Below, piece after piece: positions 25,113-37,900 of a stretch of 64,000 bases of DNA. Both the position numbers and the translations under genes were made by a program. Location of the stretch: the NCBI RefSeq assembly GCF_003704095.1, contig NW_020845131.1, positions 62,001 through 126,000 on the forward strand, written 5' to 3'. Positions within the stretch are counted from its first letter, which is position 1; the number at the start of each line of letters is the position of its first letter. The DNA is from Pocillopora damicornis. Lineage: Eukaryota. The notes below the pieces were generated by a model. The model was not told the DNA's origin, searched no databases, and was given only the letters and a program-made list of their open reading frames with translations.

Positions 25113-26234
25113 TTAGCATCTATATAGGAATTTCTCAACGCTGGGATCTAATTTTCTTTTGGAATGGCTAGGAATTCCCGGTGGCGCATAGCTGTGAAAA
25201 TCAATTTCTTCGACAATCCCTTCTTCGTGCATATCTCGATCGTCCACATACAGAGATAAGTACTTGCCTTGAATAATTTTAAACGTTTTTGCATCTGGTT
25301 CTTTCCAGAATATCTGAACATGGCTACGACCCTTTGATTGTTTATGGAGCGCTTCAATGTAATATTTTCTGGAAGACTTCAGAGCAATCTTCCTCGAAAC
25401 TTGGATAGGAAACTTTTTATAATTATACGGTGTTGTCCACGCTGCGCCATTTGCCGAATAGACTGCGGCGATAAGTCGGGACTTTTTCGGATTGCTGTCG
25501 GTGCTAAGCCACAGTTCCGATGTATCGTCGGAAGTGATCGCGAACTCGTGAAAGCCTTGCTTTTCCGGGTGAATGAACCCGAAGATCCTCTCTCCAAAAT
25601 CGCTGCCCTCCTGATGCGATTTAAATTGATCCAGAAATTTTCTAACGAAAGGAAAGCGAGGAAATAACGGAGAATGGCGAAGCTGTTCAACGTACGGGCC
25701 GCAAATACCTTGCCATGTATGAACATTTAGTTTCCCTGCCATGTTATCTGGAACAACTTGCTCAAAAAATGCCGCCAGAAGTTCATGACCTGTGATTTCT
25801 TCCTCTCTAGGGGTGAAGACTATTTTCCTTGCTAATACTGTGTCCGGGCCAGGTGTTACAATCACGACTTTTCCATCGTTATCTGAAGACTCTTCTTCAC
25901 GTTGCAACTCGATCGGGTCGGCGTCGACCGGCGTAACTCGCTTTCCCGAGTGAATCGCGAGAACGACAGGAGGTACCGTAGATCGCTGAGTCGGAGACCT
26001 TGTCATATTTAGTAACGTTTCGAAAAACTCATTTTGCTCTTTGGCAAGTCTCAAATCTTTTCTTATAGTTGGTGCCTGTGTGATGCTTTGAAATCTGGAT
26101 TGCTGAAGAAAATCTTCGGCTGAGAAACTACGATGCAACCAAAATATAACAATAAATGGAAATATAACGATGGGTAGGGTACAGAGGCACCATGCTATTT
26201 GTCCCTCTCCTTTCTTGCTGTAGCGCGAAACCAT
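25113..26234 (-). CDS. B4GALNT3/B4GALNT4-like type II membrane protein with PA14 domain (373 aa, intronless; no glycosyltransferase domain visible)
   Basis: First ATG is at 26234, with an in-frame stop upstream. N-terminal hydrophobic anchor (IAWCLCTLPIVIFPFIVIFWL), a stem, then GKLNVHTWQGICG...LRHSPLFP...FGERIFGFIHP...FAITSDDTSELWLS...YYIEALHKQ...HVQIFWK, the PA14 module typical of beta-1,4-N-acetylgalactosaminyltransferase 3/4. Stop TAA at 25113-25115. Confidence 0.85.
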   Translation of the reverse strand: MVSRYSKKGEGQIAWCLCTLPIVIFPFIVIFWLHRSFSAEDFLQQSRFQSITQAPTIRKDLRLAKEQNEFFETLLNMTRSPTQRSTVPPVVLAIHSGKRVTPVDADPIELQREEESSDNDGKVVIVTPGPDTVLARKIVFTPREEEITGHELLAAFFEQVVPDNMAGKLNVHTWQGICGPYVEQLRHSPLFPRFPFVRKFLDQFKSHQEGSDFGERIFGFIHPEKQGFHEFAITSDDTSELWLSTDSNPKKSRLIAAVYSANGAAWTTPYNYKKFPIQVSRKIALKSSRKYYIEALHKQSKGRSHVQIFWKEPDAKTFKIIQGKYLSLYVDDRDMHEEGIVEEIDFHSYAPPGIPSHSKRKLDPSVEKFLYRC

Positions 26235-28346
26235 CACAGTGAAACGCAATCGTTTTCTTCCCAAGCAAATACAATTCGACGCCAGGCTGTTTAACGCTTT
26301 GCTCGGGTAGGACTACTCCAAATATTCTTAATCGACTCCACTTCGATGCTAGTTCAGTGAAATGACATCAAGTCAAGTCTGTAAACATCAGACAATCAAA
26401 CGTTACGTTAGATGGTTTTAAGTTTCGTTTCAGGGTATTTCTTTCGACCTCAGATCTGTTTTCATCAGGAGGCATGTAGCTTAGTACAGTTTATCAGAAG
26501 AATCACAAGCGCGTGTGACCAGATCGGTGTGTATATATATTATGCATGAAGAAACTGTTTCAAATTGCTTTTTCTCGTCAGTTATCACCGTTATGCATCA
26601 TCAAAAGTGTGGTGCTCCATATGACCTCTGATTGGCTCTTTCACATTCTTTCAAACGCATCACATGCCAAGTGTCCAAAATTTTTCATGCTAGTCGATCC
26701 ATTTATTATAATTTTCACGCTTCACGCTGTTGATCGCGCTCAAAATCATCATTTACGGTTTCATTTTACGCTTCACGGTAAATGTGATACACGGTTCACG
26801 CTCTAGAAGTTACAGTAAAACACGTCGAATGACGAAAAAACATAAAAATATGGCTTCTTTTTCGGTGCGGTTAAAACTGCAGATGATCAGCGCACGCGTG
26901 CGAAGTGTCACATAAAGGAGGGGACAAAAAGATATTATGGCCAGTTTACAGACGCCATCTGACTGAGGCTCGATATGATGATATCCATGCCGATAGGCTT
27001 TCAGGGTAAACATATTTTTTCTATGTTTTTGTTTTCGTATTCAAGTATCTTTTGGGAATTCTTCAACGAAAGAATCTTGACGAAACTCTATTAAATGAAT
27101 AATAAAATATTGCTCGATAGATTTGATAATTCCTTGTTTCTTTTGGGAGAACATGACCATAGTTCATTATCAGACTAAAAATAAAATTGACAAAAATACT
27201 TAGGATGGAGTATCTCAGATATTGAAAATATGTGTGGTGATTAATATTAAAGACTTCTATGGGGAAAAAGGCAATGAATGTTTAAGAAGCGTTAAGGGCT
27301 TGTTAATGCTTCGCGGGTATGTTTAATTTAACCAGCGGATATGGTATTTAGATGATCTTCAATAAGCGAAAATTCGACAGGGTGCTAAAACTTCCCTGGA
27401 CTCTATATATACTTTGATATGCAATCAGTACTGTGTTGCCTCCGCCGGTCACTTCCTAAGCACGTCACTGAGCACAGTGGAACATAAACTTACGACTCCA
27501 TGCAAGTCCATGCAAGCTCGTGAAAGGACTCGTTTCAAAGATTAGTCGGATTGTATGTACACGGGAACCATAGGTTACCAAAAATCAAGACTATGCGTAG
27601 GACTTTAAGATACTCCTGTGTCGATATTGCATACCTATACCAAGAGAATTCTGTTGATGGATTTATTTACTGAAACTCCTCCAAAAATAGTGCGTGACCG
27701 CTACACCTGTTATGATAAAAATCATTTACTTTTTTTCAAGTTCGTGAACTTTAAAACTCGGATTTTGTAAAAACATTTTTTCCTTTGACCAATTTCTACC
27801 CAACTTACAGAGATTAACGCTGTGATTCATTTGATTGCAGTGTGAAGTCATGCAGTAATGCTACTCCTCGAAAAAGTCTAAGACCGTAACAAATATTCTT
27901 CGTTCATTCCCCCCCCCCCCCTTCCTCCCCTCGTTTGCTAGGCATTATGGAAAAATCCGGGACTCTGATTTGCCAGCTTTTGATAATAACCATCATGCAG
28001 TACAAGAGCGGTTGTTATCAGAAAGGCTGAATCGATGATCTTTGTTAATTCTGTGATCCAACAGTATGAAAAGGGTAATGCTAAATGAAGCGGGTTCTCG
28101 AAAGAGCCTCGCGAAAAGTATACTTTTACAAATCCTATTAAAATTCTAAATGGGTTGTATATCTGCCTGCTTTAACCACCTAAGTTGATTTTTAACAAAG
28201 TATGACAACTGTGTGAGATATTTACGGTTTACGATTTTTCTTCTGAGTTAACCAAGCGAGCGAGCGCCAGTCATTTACCGTCTCAATTCCATTTCGAGGG
28301 GATTGGGGAATTACCCTGTCAATAAAAAACAATTGTTAGACAGTTA

Positions 28347-28820
28347 GGTAACGGTCATCATATGATTAACGTTAGAGAGGGAGAGGGAGAGGAGGGGGGG
28401 AGAAGGTCGGAAGATTTTATTTGTGTTACGATAAAAATTACTTTTTTCCCTCCGGGGCTGTGCAATATTCTTAGACCTCCCCCCCTTCGGATCAATATCA
28501 GTATCTAGGCAACTGCCCACCTACCCTTCTCCTAACTCAACAACAGTCAATTGACAACAAGTTGAGGTTAATGTTGGGTTAGGGAAGGGGTAGGTGGGAA
28601 GTTGCCCAGATACTGATTTTGATCCCCCCTTCAATATCAACTAATTGGCAGTGAATTTTCTATAATCCCCCCTGTATATCTGTTGCCTTTTGGCGACAAG
28701 TGATTCCCCCTTCGTTCCCCCTGAGAGCCATATGATACCCTCAAAATTCACCTCCCCCTCCCCGTTCCCTCCCCCTCCCCTCTCCCTCCCTCCCTCGCGC
28801 GTTAAAGAATGACTGTTCCT
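28347..28820. mobile_element. PIF/Harbinger-type MITE (TTA TSD) carrying a nested insertion
   Basis: TTA|GGTAACGGTCAT...G-rich tract ... C-rich tract...ATGACTGTTCCT|TTA. Confidence 0.6.
28489..28625. mobile_element. Nearly fully palindromic MITE nested in the previous element
   Basis: GGATCAATATCAGTATCTAGGCAACTGCCCACCTACCCTT... pairs with ...AAGGGGTAGGTGGGAAGTTGCCCAGATACTGATTTTGATCC. CCCCTTC is duplicated on both flanks. Confidence 0.85.
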
Positions 28821-30481
28821 TTAGGAAAATAAAATAATGGATATACAAATGACATCGCTGCAGTGCCATTTCAAACTTGCATTTAGTATTCTTTATTTCA
28901 CCATCTTGTAAAAATGTAATTCACAAATTTTCCTAATGCAATTAATTTGGATTTGAAGGAGTGGCTATTATATGTATCTTGTATGATATATTTTCAATCA
29001 CGTACAGGTACTTGTATATTAATACACTGACTAACTTAAAGAGAGGAGAAATGCTACTTGTTTAAAAAAAAAGGAAAAACTTCTCATGCATTTTGACAAA
29101 AATTCACAGAGAACATATGCGTCTCTTAGTTTGATTCTCTACTTTTATTTATCGTATAAGATATTTGCCATTAAAAACCTTACTCTACTCAATCTTTTCC
29201 TTGGCTATATACTATTTATTACCCAACACACGCCCGTGAAATTATTGACAATGTTTTTGACCCCTTTAAAGAGACTATTGATTCAGAGTTGTGATAGTAG
29301 ATATAAAAGTAAATAAACTCTTAATTCACTTTTTCTGAGCTGCTTATTTTATAATGGGACGCGAATTCCACATATCTTCTGAATGATATAGCTGATAGAA
29401 TAAAACCCTTATATTTAGGCTGACAAAATGTCAAGTCTCGATATTTGAACTCTTAGGCCTTTACTTTTGAGATTTCTTTTTTTTGTCAATAAATACACAC
29501 TGTTTTTAGCAAAGTAACATCTTAGATGAAAACATGAAAAGTCAGACAAGGATAGAAAAGTATCACAACGTGAAATGTTGAAAACAAAAATCATGTTAAG
29601 TTTTTGCAACTTTCAGATCAAGCGACCGAGCGTTAAGAAAAGAAAAAACTCATAGTAATCTCATGGTCCTTGATGAAACGGGATTAGAAATATAAGTTTT
29701 TGAAAACAAAGTAATTATAACGTTTCTGATGATAATGATAGTCACTAAAGTAATACTAACGATGAAAGATAATTTTTGATACCAAAGAAAATTATTTCCG
29801 AGCAGCAAACAGTCAAACAAGCAAACTGTTGCCGGATAAGTTTCTTAGCTTTCTTGGGTTGTATTTCGTGCTAACCCACGTCAGTTTGAATTCAGCTTAG
29901 AATATCATCACTATTTTTCATCGTTTTATTGTGTACAAGGCCTTCAATAAAGTATCGAGACTCTTTTTCGTATAGATAAATCATTTTTTTGTTACCTCAA
30001 TCATAATATAATCCTTATTTACACATGCAACTTTACATCGTCTTGAACGATGAACACATAAAAAAAGAAAACTACCGAATATTTTACTGGTAAAATGACT
30101 ACTTGTATTGTAAATAGCTTTATCATCAGAGGAAGTTTTCTTTTCATTTAATTGTGATTGCCGGAAAAACTTCTGTCCTCTTCGTTAAATATTGCGCAGT
30201 TATATTATAAAAATCTTCCCTGTGGTTAAACCCTAAAAAGCTCCAGTGGCATTATCTCATTTCCACTGACACAATTTTTTACATTTTTTACATCTCTGAA
30301 AGCTAAAAGTCTCCTAGGTTCTTTTGAGTCTCGTCGAAGAACTTTCCAACAAACATGCGCTGGGTATTTGAACACTCAATTTTGAAGCTTTAAGCTTTTT
30401 AATATTATCAATCACTAATTCTTAACTTGCACCGTAAAAGATGTTGACGCATCTAGGCTATGAAATTGGTTTGCAACTATG

Positions 30482-31949
30482 CTATTTGTGAAGCTTTTGC
30501 CCACAGAAGGCACAAAAATTGTCTTCACAACTCGCCTTTCGTCCGCACTTTGTGCAAAAGTGTACAGCCACTGATTTCCCTTCTGTCTTTGGAGAGCTCG
30601 AGCTAGCGTTCATGTTGTTCGGTGGCGAACCCAGGACGGCATCCATCGAGAATGGGTAACCGCTGGCCTGTGCCTTTGGCTTCAGTAAGGGTGGTGGCGG
30701 TGGGAATGGACAGCTAGGACTCATCGGAGGTCTGTGGAAAGTATGCGAGAAAGGCTCCGGCTTACGGAATAGTGGGGGGGCTTGAAAGTGAAGGGCGGGA
30801 TGAATTGTTGCAGGAGGACCCCCAACGCTTCCAATCACAGGCACAGGCATGGGCAATGGAAGCTGTTTCTTTTCCTGATTCTGAAGCAAGCACTCAATGG
30901 CTTGAACAACGTTTCCACCGCAGCCTTGAAGGACCAACTCAAGGACGCTTCGGCACTGGCTTGGAAAGGCTCGGATCAGCAAGCCGAGTGGATCAGGATG
31001 AATTTTTCTTCCCACGTTGGGGCTTTCAGATGTTCGAGGTATCTTGGAGTGGAGTCGTAAAGTATCGATTTCATCGTGTTGCACCTCTCCATTAATTTTT
31101 CTCTTTGGTGATGGAAGTTCAGTGCCGTTTTCGCAAGGTGTTACTCTTAGGCCGCCTTCTTCTTCTTCATCCTCCGGAGTCGTTGTCTCTGGTTCGGTTT
31201 TTATTCGGACTCCGTCGATAAGTGTTGATTCAGGTTCGGAAGGTTCGTCAGGTTGGATATCCAAGTTTTCTTCTGATTCTGTTGGGGAAAGCTGTTGATC
31301 GATGCCCTCGTCTGTGAAATATCAAAAAATAGGAGAGCGTTTTAGTCATTAGTATCAACTAAACACAAAAAAAAAATTTAAACATTTCTTTCTAGACACC
31401 GGTTTACGAAAGGCATTTTTTGTTTGGCTCGTTGCGAACAAAATTGCATCATTAAGGATATGAAAAAAAAAATGTTCTTTGTTCACCCAAAGATCTTTCC
31501 AAACTCTGCAAAGTATATCGAATGTACTTGCCACATACGAATAACCGCTGACCCCTACTCTAGAGCGTCACCTTACCTTCATAATCTGTGTCACTGCTCT
31601 TTCTTCCATGAAGTGTGGGTATCGAGTTAAGAACCATTGATGGTCTTTGATAAACATCGTCGCCAAAACTCTTTGCCACTTGATCTTTGTCGCTATCTTT
31701 CTGTCCCAGTTTTTGAGACATCTCCGAGTTCTTTCTCTGTTGCCGTAGAAGAGCCACTCTAGCAGCAGTTATACGTTGGCGCTCAGCGATGAGGAGACAT
31801 TTGGAGCAGGTACAGTCCCGCCACCTGCAGTAATGTTTGTGTCCTTTAAGCCACGACAGGGCGCCATGATTCCGGCAGCGAGCACATTTTGGAATACGGT
31901 GATACAAAGCACTACCCGGGGAGGGTACTTGGGGAAGGATTTCGCTCAT
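30482..31949 (-). CDS. DMRTA: Doublesex/mab-3-related transcription factor, DMRTA-like (DM + DMA domains, C-terminal zinc ribbon), 400 aa
   Basis: Exons 31577-31949 and 30482-31311 are joined by a phase-1 GT-AG intron (GAAG|gtaagg...tttcacag|AC). DM domain [40 protein letters not shown]; DMA domain [37 protein letters not shown] polypyrimidine/CAG acceptor lies 1 nt before the ATG, so an upstream exon exists. The exact paralogue cannot be assigned. Confidence 0.94.
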
Positions 31950-34900
31950 CCTGAAAAGGGAGGAAAAGAAGTTAAAGTTGTACTAGCTGAGAAAGAACTT
32001 CAGTTCATTGAGTCAATGGGTTAATTACAGCAAATGGTAGTCTCACACACTCACAAAAAAGGAAAGCTTCTTTCGGTGTTGTTCATAGGAAGTAACGATA
32101 TTAATCTGTACATGATATGCCGCACTTGGCAGAGGCGTTACTTTTGGAAAGCACACGCAAATGTCTTGAATTTTCTATTACAATTAAAACCCCTGATGGG
32201 CCAACACAGACTCTTTGACATCTGCGTTGACTCTTGAATCTACCACAAGGATATTGATGCCATTCCGAGATGGTTCGTCATCTGATATGAACAATAGAGG
32301 TATTCCGAATTTGGTAACACCAGCTTCGTAAAAACCTGCTGGATTTCCGACATGTTATCAACTAAACGGATATTATGCGAGCGGGAGTACCTATAGACAG
32401 TTACGTCACGGTTCCTTAGTGACTGGTTCGCTCAAAATCCGCCGCAGGCATAATTCGGCATTTCCTAAAAAAAGATGCTTGAATTGATTTCCTAAGAGGG
32501 CGTTTTCGGTTTCTTCTCAATCATCTAGCAAGATCTTACATTTTATTTCAGTGCACATAAGTATTTAGATGTCGAAGGTTAACTTAACCATATTAAAACT
32601 TTAACTTAACGAGTAGGGAAAAAGAAGCCTCTCTTTTGATTCCTTAGGCAACAATATTTTTAAGGATTCCCTTCGACTCATTGATATAGAGCTGCGACAT
32701 TCAGTAGAGCCTCGTCAAGTCCTTGCAAGATCGATTCGTTTTTTCGATAAACTTATGACAGATTCTCACGGGAATTACTAGCCACGCGAAAGCTTATAAC
32801 CGTTAAAAATGATTTAAAGAAACTAGAAAAGAGAGAGAAGGCAAGAGACGCAAACTAAGCGAATTAAGACCAGTGAAACGGGCATTATGGCATTAATTAG
32901 TTTTAGATGACTGGACGTGGTTAGGTTTTTGAAAGCCGAGGTTTGTTTTTCACTATCTAATATAACATCATACGTCGACTAGGCTGGCCGACTGAATCTC
33001 AGTTTATTTAAGTGATCTTAGCCCATTGAACATAAAGTACAATGTACGTTTGTCATGAAACTCAGACTGAGGGGTTTTTATTTCCCAACTTAGAATTCTC
33101 TACCGATGTAACTGTCTTGATTTCCTCTATGGTAAATAGGCCAGAGTTAGACAATGCGATCGAATTAATAAGTGAGACATCCACGCGGATTCCTGAGAAA
33201 AAAGTGATTTTTCTAAAATGATTATTCATCTCTAAACTGTTCAACAATGTTTTAAAGACCTTCTTTGGCTACTCGAAATCTATAATCGAGCGAAACTGCT
33301 TGAGATATACCATTTGACGCTATGATCCCTTTGCACTTGAAAGTAATGTTGTTTATCGCGGCATACAAGTGTTTATTCAAAGATACTATCCCACGGACTT
33401 TGAACCAACAGTTCGAGAACATTTTATACATTTCACGAATAAAGGTTTTCCCCTTGATTTGTTCATTTGAAAACCTCAAAGATACGAGGCGCCTTCTACC
33501 CCTAACACCAGTGAAATTTAACGGCACTGACATAATAATGTTTCAGCCGTCGAAAGAAATACTTTCGCCGACATGTCGCATTGTAAGCACCAAGGGATAT
33601 TGCAATACAAGGTTAAGACTGAAAAAGAAACTCAAGTATGAAAACAGGAATTTTGAAATGCGCGACATCGCCCTTTGGTTTATGGCGTTCTTGTATCAGA
33701 AGCAGGCCGGCTACATTTTAAGCATGAAACAACTATATCCTTAGAAAAAAAACTGCATTTATGAAATCTTCCATGGGCAATTAATGATTTTAAATCAATA
33801 TTGCACGATTTGCTTACCTATGAGAAACAAATATGTCAGTGGTTTTGTTGATTCCTTTACAATCTTCTCTTTCGAGACTAAAAGAGGATTAATCTTAGAC
33901 ATTCAGTAAGCAGGCACACCCGTAAATTAAGTAACTATGTTAAATCCTATCAACGGAAGAGAAAAGTATGCTTCAAAGCAACCTTAAAAAGCCCGAAATA
34001 AAGTTCGGTATAGGAATAATAAGCTTCAGAAGAGGTTTGACGTTGTCGGTAGATGATAACTTTCAATCCCAATATCCCATAGAAAAACGCTAGAAAGACA
34101 CCATAGGAAAAATGAATGAAGAAATTCAAACTTTCCAACTTACATCTCGCCGATTGACAGAACTTTCAAAGAGTTCCTTGGTGACTGAGATTATTTTTTT
34201 TGTAGAAGGGAATTTTTTATCCCTGCAAAGGCAAAAATGCAGCCTTCGACAAATTGATCTGTACGCGACGAAGAGATTATTAATAACGGCTCGGATCGAT
34301 ATTTTGTTCTTAAACTTTACTTTGATCCCAGCATGAATATGTAAACAATTGATATTGAAAAAACAGGAAATGCGGAAAAAAAACTCTTTATGAAGTAATG
34401 ATCAATAGTGTCAGAGGTTTTAACACAAATAAAACCTATAACTCTGTTGTGAAAATTGAACGCGTGCACACATCTACCCAAAGAAGGAAGTCTTAGCGTT
34501 GGAACGGATTTTTAATTTGATAGACCTTCTATCAACGCACTAAATTCTAATATTAATCAAAAAACGAATGATTCAACGGTTTCACCCTCTTTAATTACAT
34601 TCTTTTTTACCTTAATATGTCTACTATGTCACTCTTAAAGAAAATATAGTTGACACCTCGTTACTTCTTTTTCATCCTCATTAAAATGGCCTTGGTCAAC
34701 CATCTGTGAGAAATATTCCAGCCGTACACTATTCCAGACAATTGGTTAAACAAATCGTACCAAAAAAGCTTTGTTTATTTTCAATCTTAAAGTACAAAGA
34801 AACTAGCAGGTTCGTTACTTAAACTATATTTAAGAGAAAATGTTCAAATATCTGACGCGGTTTTGAGATGATTGCATTTGCGCACAGATATTAATGGTTT

Positions 34901-37900
34901 CAATGGAAAATTTTTTTGGCCTGTTACGAACCAAGCTCCGTCTAAAATGCGACATATATCTAAACTAATTGATTAAAAAGGAGATTTCAAGGTGACGTAA
35001 GTGCTCTAAATCTTTCCAAAGAGGTATATAATAACGTCTGTTGTACTCTTCTAAGGAAACGCAAATTTCTTTCCAAAAGGGATCCTTCTAATGAAAACAT
35101 TCTCAGTTTTAAATAAAATAAAAAAACTAAGTTTGGCATGACAAATCTCGTTTTATCCCAAAAAAAGCGTATAATTTGCACTTTAAATGCTACGATTTTC
35201 AAGTGGCTAATTTTTACAAACGATTACGCAGCCTGTTCTAATGGACTTTTAGAATCAGCTACTTAGCCTTGGAAAAACCCGATTTTATTACAAAAACAAG
35301 CCCTGAGGATACGTCGGAGTTACTTGTTATTTGCGTTGTTGGGAGAGATTCTAGTAAAATTGGTACAATCTCGTTTCCTCGCCATGAAACGTTTGCAGTT
35401 AGCTGATTTTAATGGCCTTTCATTTACCATCTGTTCAAAGTGCCTTGATATTAAAAGCGCTGTGCTTTGGGTTTAAGCCGGAAGACTATGTGCAAGTGCT
35501 TTCAAAACCTACAAGTAGGTATTTTATTGTAGGAAGAGGGATGAACAAAAAGTCTCGATTGCCAATCTTTTCAGGAAGAAGGAAACAATTTTGACTTCTT
35601 TTGCTTCAAAGTCTTGAACGGATGCGAGGTCTTCTGGGATAAATAAAAAAATTTAGCTCCACAAAGTTACAAATCAAGACATATTCGTTGTAAATTAAGC
35701 GCAACATTAATATTGTTTGTCATCTGTATTTACAACTCATGACTCATACTATAAGATGATTCCAGCAAGCTATGTCACCAAACACTGTTTGCCAACATTT
35801 AAATTCGTTCGACTATTATTTGCATCAAGTAGACGAAGATGTTCTTTTTGTCGTAATTTACAACTTATACAAAGGAGTGCAGATGTCTGTCGCCAAGAGC
35901 TTAATTAGAACACAGAAGTAAAAGCGCCGTTTTTTCAATTATAGCGTGTTAAATGGTCCGATACAGAATATGGAACATCCTTTATTATTCTTACTTAGTT
36001 GTTTATGTAATTTTTTTTTCACATCTCCCCAGGATCATTTCACTGAAGTTCACCTGTTTCAAGAGCCGCCCCCTAACTGACAAAGCTGGAAACTTTGAAA
36101 CTCAAAATTCTTCAGCCTCAGTCTGACACAAGCTTCGTACAAAATAAGATCCATTCAATTCAACATGTGAAACGACGGAGACTACGAGATTTACTACCAC
36201 ATTTAATAGTTACGTTCCGGTTCGAAAAGTGAAATATTCGTCTGGAAAATACATTTGGCGAAGCTCTAAGGCCTTGAAGTAATCAACTCCTAGCGAAACC
36301 ACAATAAAGAGAAGTGATTAACTAGCTTTTAAAACCCATTTGCTATTCTAACTGTCCAAAACTAAAATTGTCACAATTAGAAATAATTTCTAACCGTATT
36401 TTTTATGCTTGGCTCTAAAATTCACCGGATAAAGCAAGCATTTGGCTGTCCTGTTCGAATGAAATGTGGTCTTAAATGTTCGACTTAATCCTCTTTCCAA
36501 TAAAATTTCGGATCAAATTTAGCTAGGAATGCGTTTTTTGTTAGCAAGAATCAAAATACATGTATCGTATGTAACTTATGCATAATCATCTAGAAAAAAA
36601 CAGTTGAACTGATAAATGAACAAATTTTTACCATTTTTAGCGAAGGACATATCCACTGAACTTTAAGAAGAACTGAAAGTGATCTATGAAATCGAAAACA
36701 ATCGCGTTCCAAAATGGCGGCAAAGGACCCGTAATCATTTGTGACTTTCGCTTTCTAACCTCGACCGGCTGCAGTTTGTTAGAAGAGATTAACTGAACTG
36801 TAATTTGTGAAAAGTTCGAGTTCATAAGTGCTATATTAAGAAAGATCTGAATTATTTTTATCGTTAATAGAGGCTTAAAAGATCGACTGAATTTGATAGT
36901 TTTACCGAGACGACGTTTTTTTCTGAATGGCCGAAACAGGCATGACCTCTTAAAGTGTTTTGATAGTGTCACTGTCTTTGTTTGTTTTATCATCTTCGAC
37001 GGCCTCATTCTTTTAAAACACATATATAGACTCTCCTCATGGGGTTTTGAATGCCAATAATGCATTTAATTTGTTAGGAAACTGGACGATTTCTCGCAAA
37101 ACCAAATGAGCCATATCAAGACGGAGTCGAATCACGCCGAAGATAAAATAGCTAGCTCTTCTGCGACATGTTATGCAAAGATCAGCTAATCTTTGATTGA
37201 ATTCCTTCCAGATTATTGTTACAGGCAAATGACTGAGGGTAAGATAAGCAATATTTGGCCTCTATAAATAGTGCTTACATGTTAAACACTTTTCACTTCT
37301 CAGAAATTACATAAACAAACGCAGGAAAAAGAAGTGTAAATGTCATCAGTTCTAGGAAAATCGTACATCCGTTATTTTCTTCACTCGAAGGTCGTAATTC
37401 TTATTTTGGGAATTGCTGTATTTCTATCATTAAATGTATTTTAAGATTTTGGTATGTGTTAAAGCACGTCGCTAAAATACCAAACATTTCCAATGTTGGC
37501 TGTACATAGAAAATATACTGTAAAGCGTGTTAAAAATGTTTTCAAAAGGTCACTTGACGGGCTGAAGATTGTCCCAATGATATAATACAGACGGGAATTT
37601 ATACTGGCAACAAAACTATGAAAATCCGCAATAACTTATCGATCACAAGTTGAAAGGTATAACCAAGACTTCACCAGATGATGAAGTAGCTTTTACTGTT
37701 TTTTAGACAACGTAAATTTAAATATGGCATTTCAGTTATATATGTCTACTTCACTCTGATCCAAAGGTCGCTCTTACAGTTCTAAAGTTAAAAGTCATTG
37801 AACGACTCAGTTACACCTCAAAAGCCTTTTGAGTTCTGGAAAATGCATGTAAGCTACAAATTAGCTTTCTCGTTCGTGCTCGAACTAGGATTGCTACTTT

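Noticed and set aside
26710-26805. Short repeated TTCACG/TTTACG motifs, superficially array-like
   Set aside because: Irregular spacing, no constant repeat-spacer structure, and eukaryotic context. Likely a MITE subterminal remnant, not CRISPR.
30772-31298. Plus-strand ORFs overlapping DMRT, and ORFs overlapping the PA14 gene (25148-25726)
   Set aside because: Antisense or alternate-frame shadows of real GC-richer coding sequence, with no recognisable domains.
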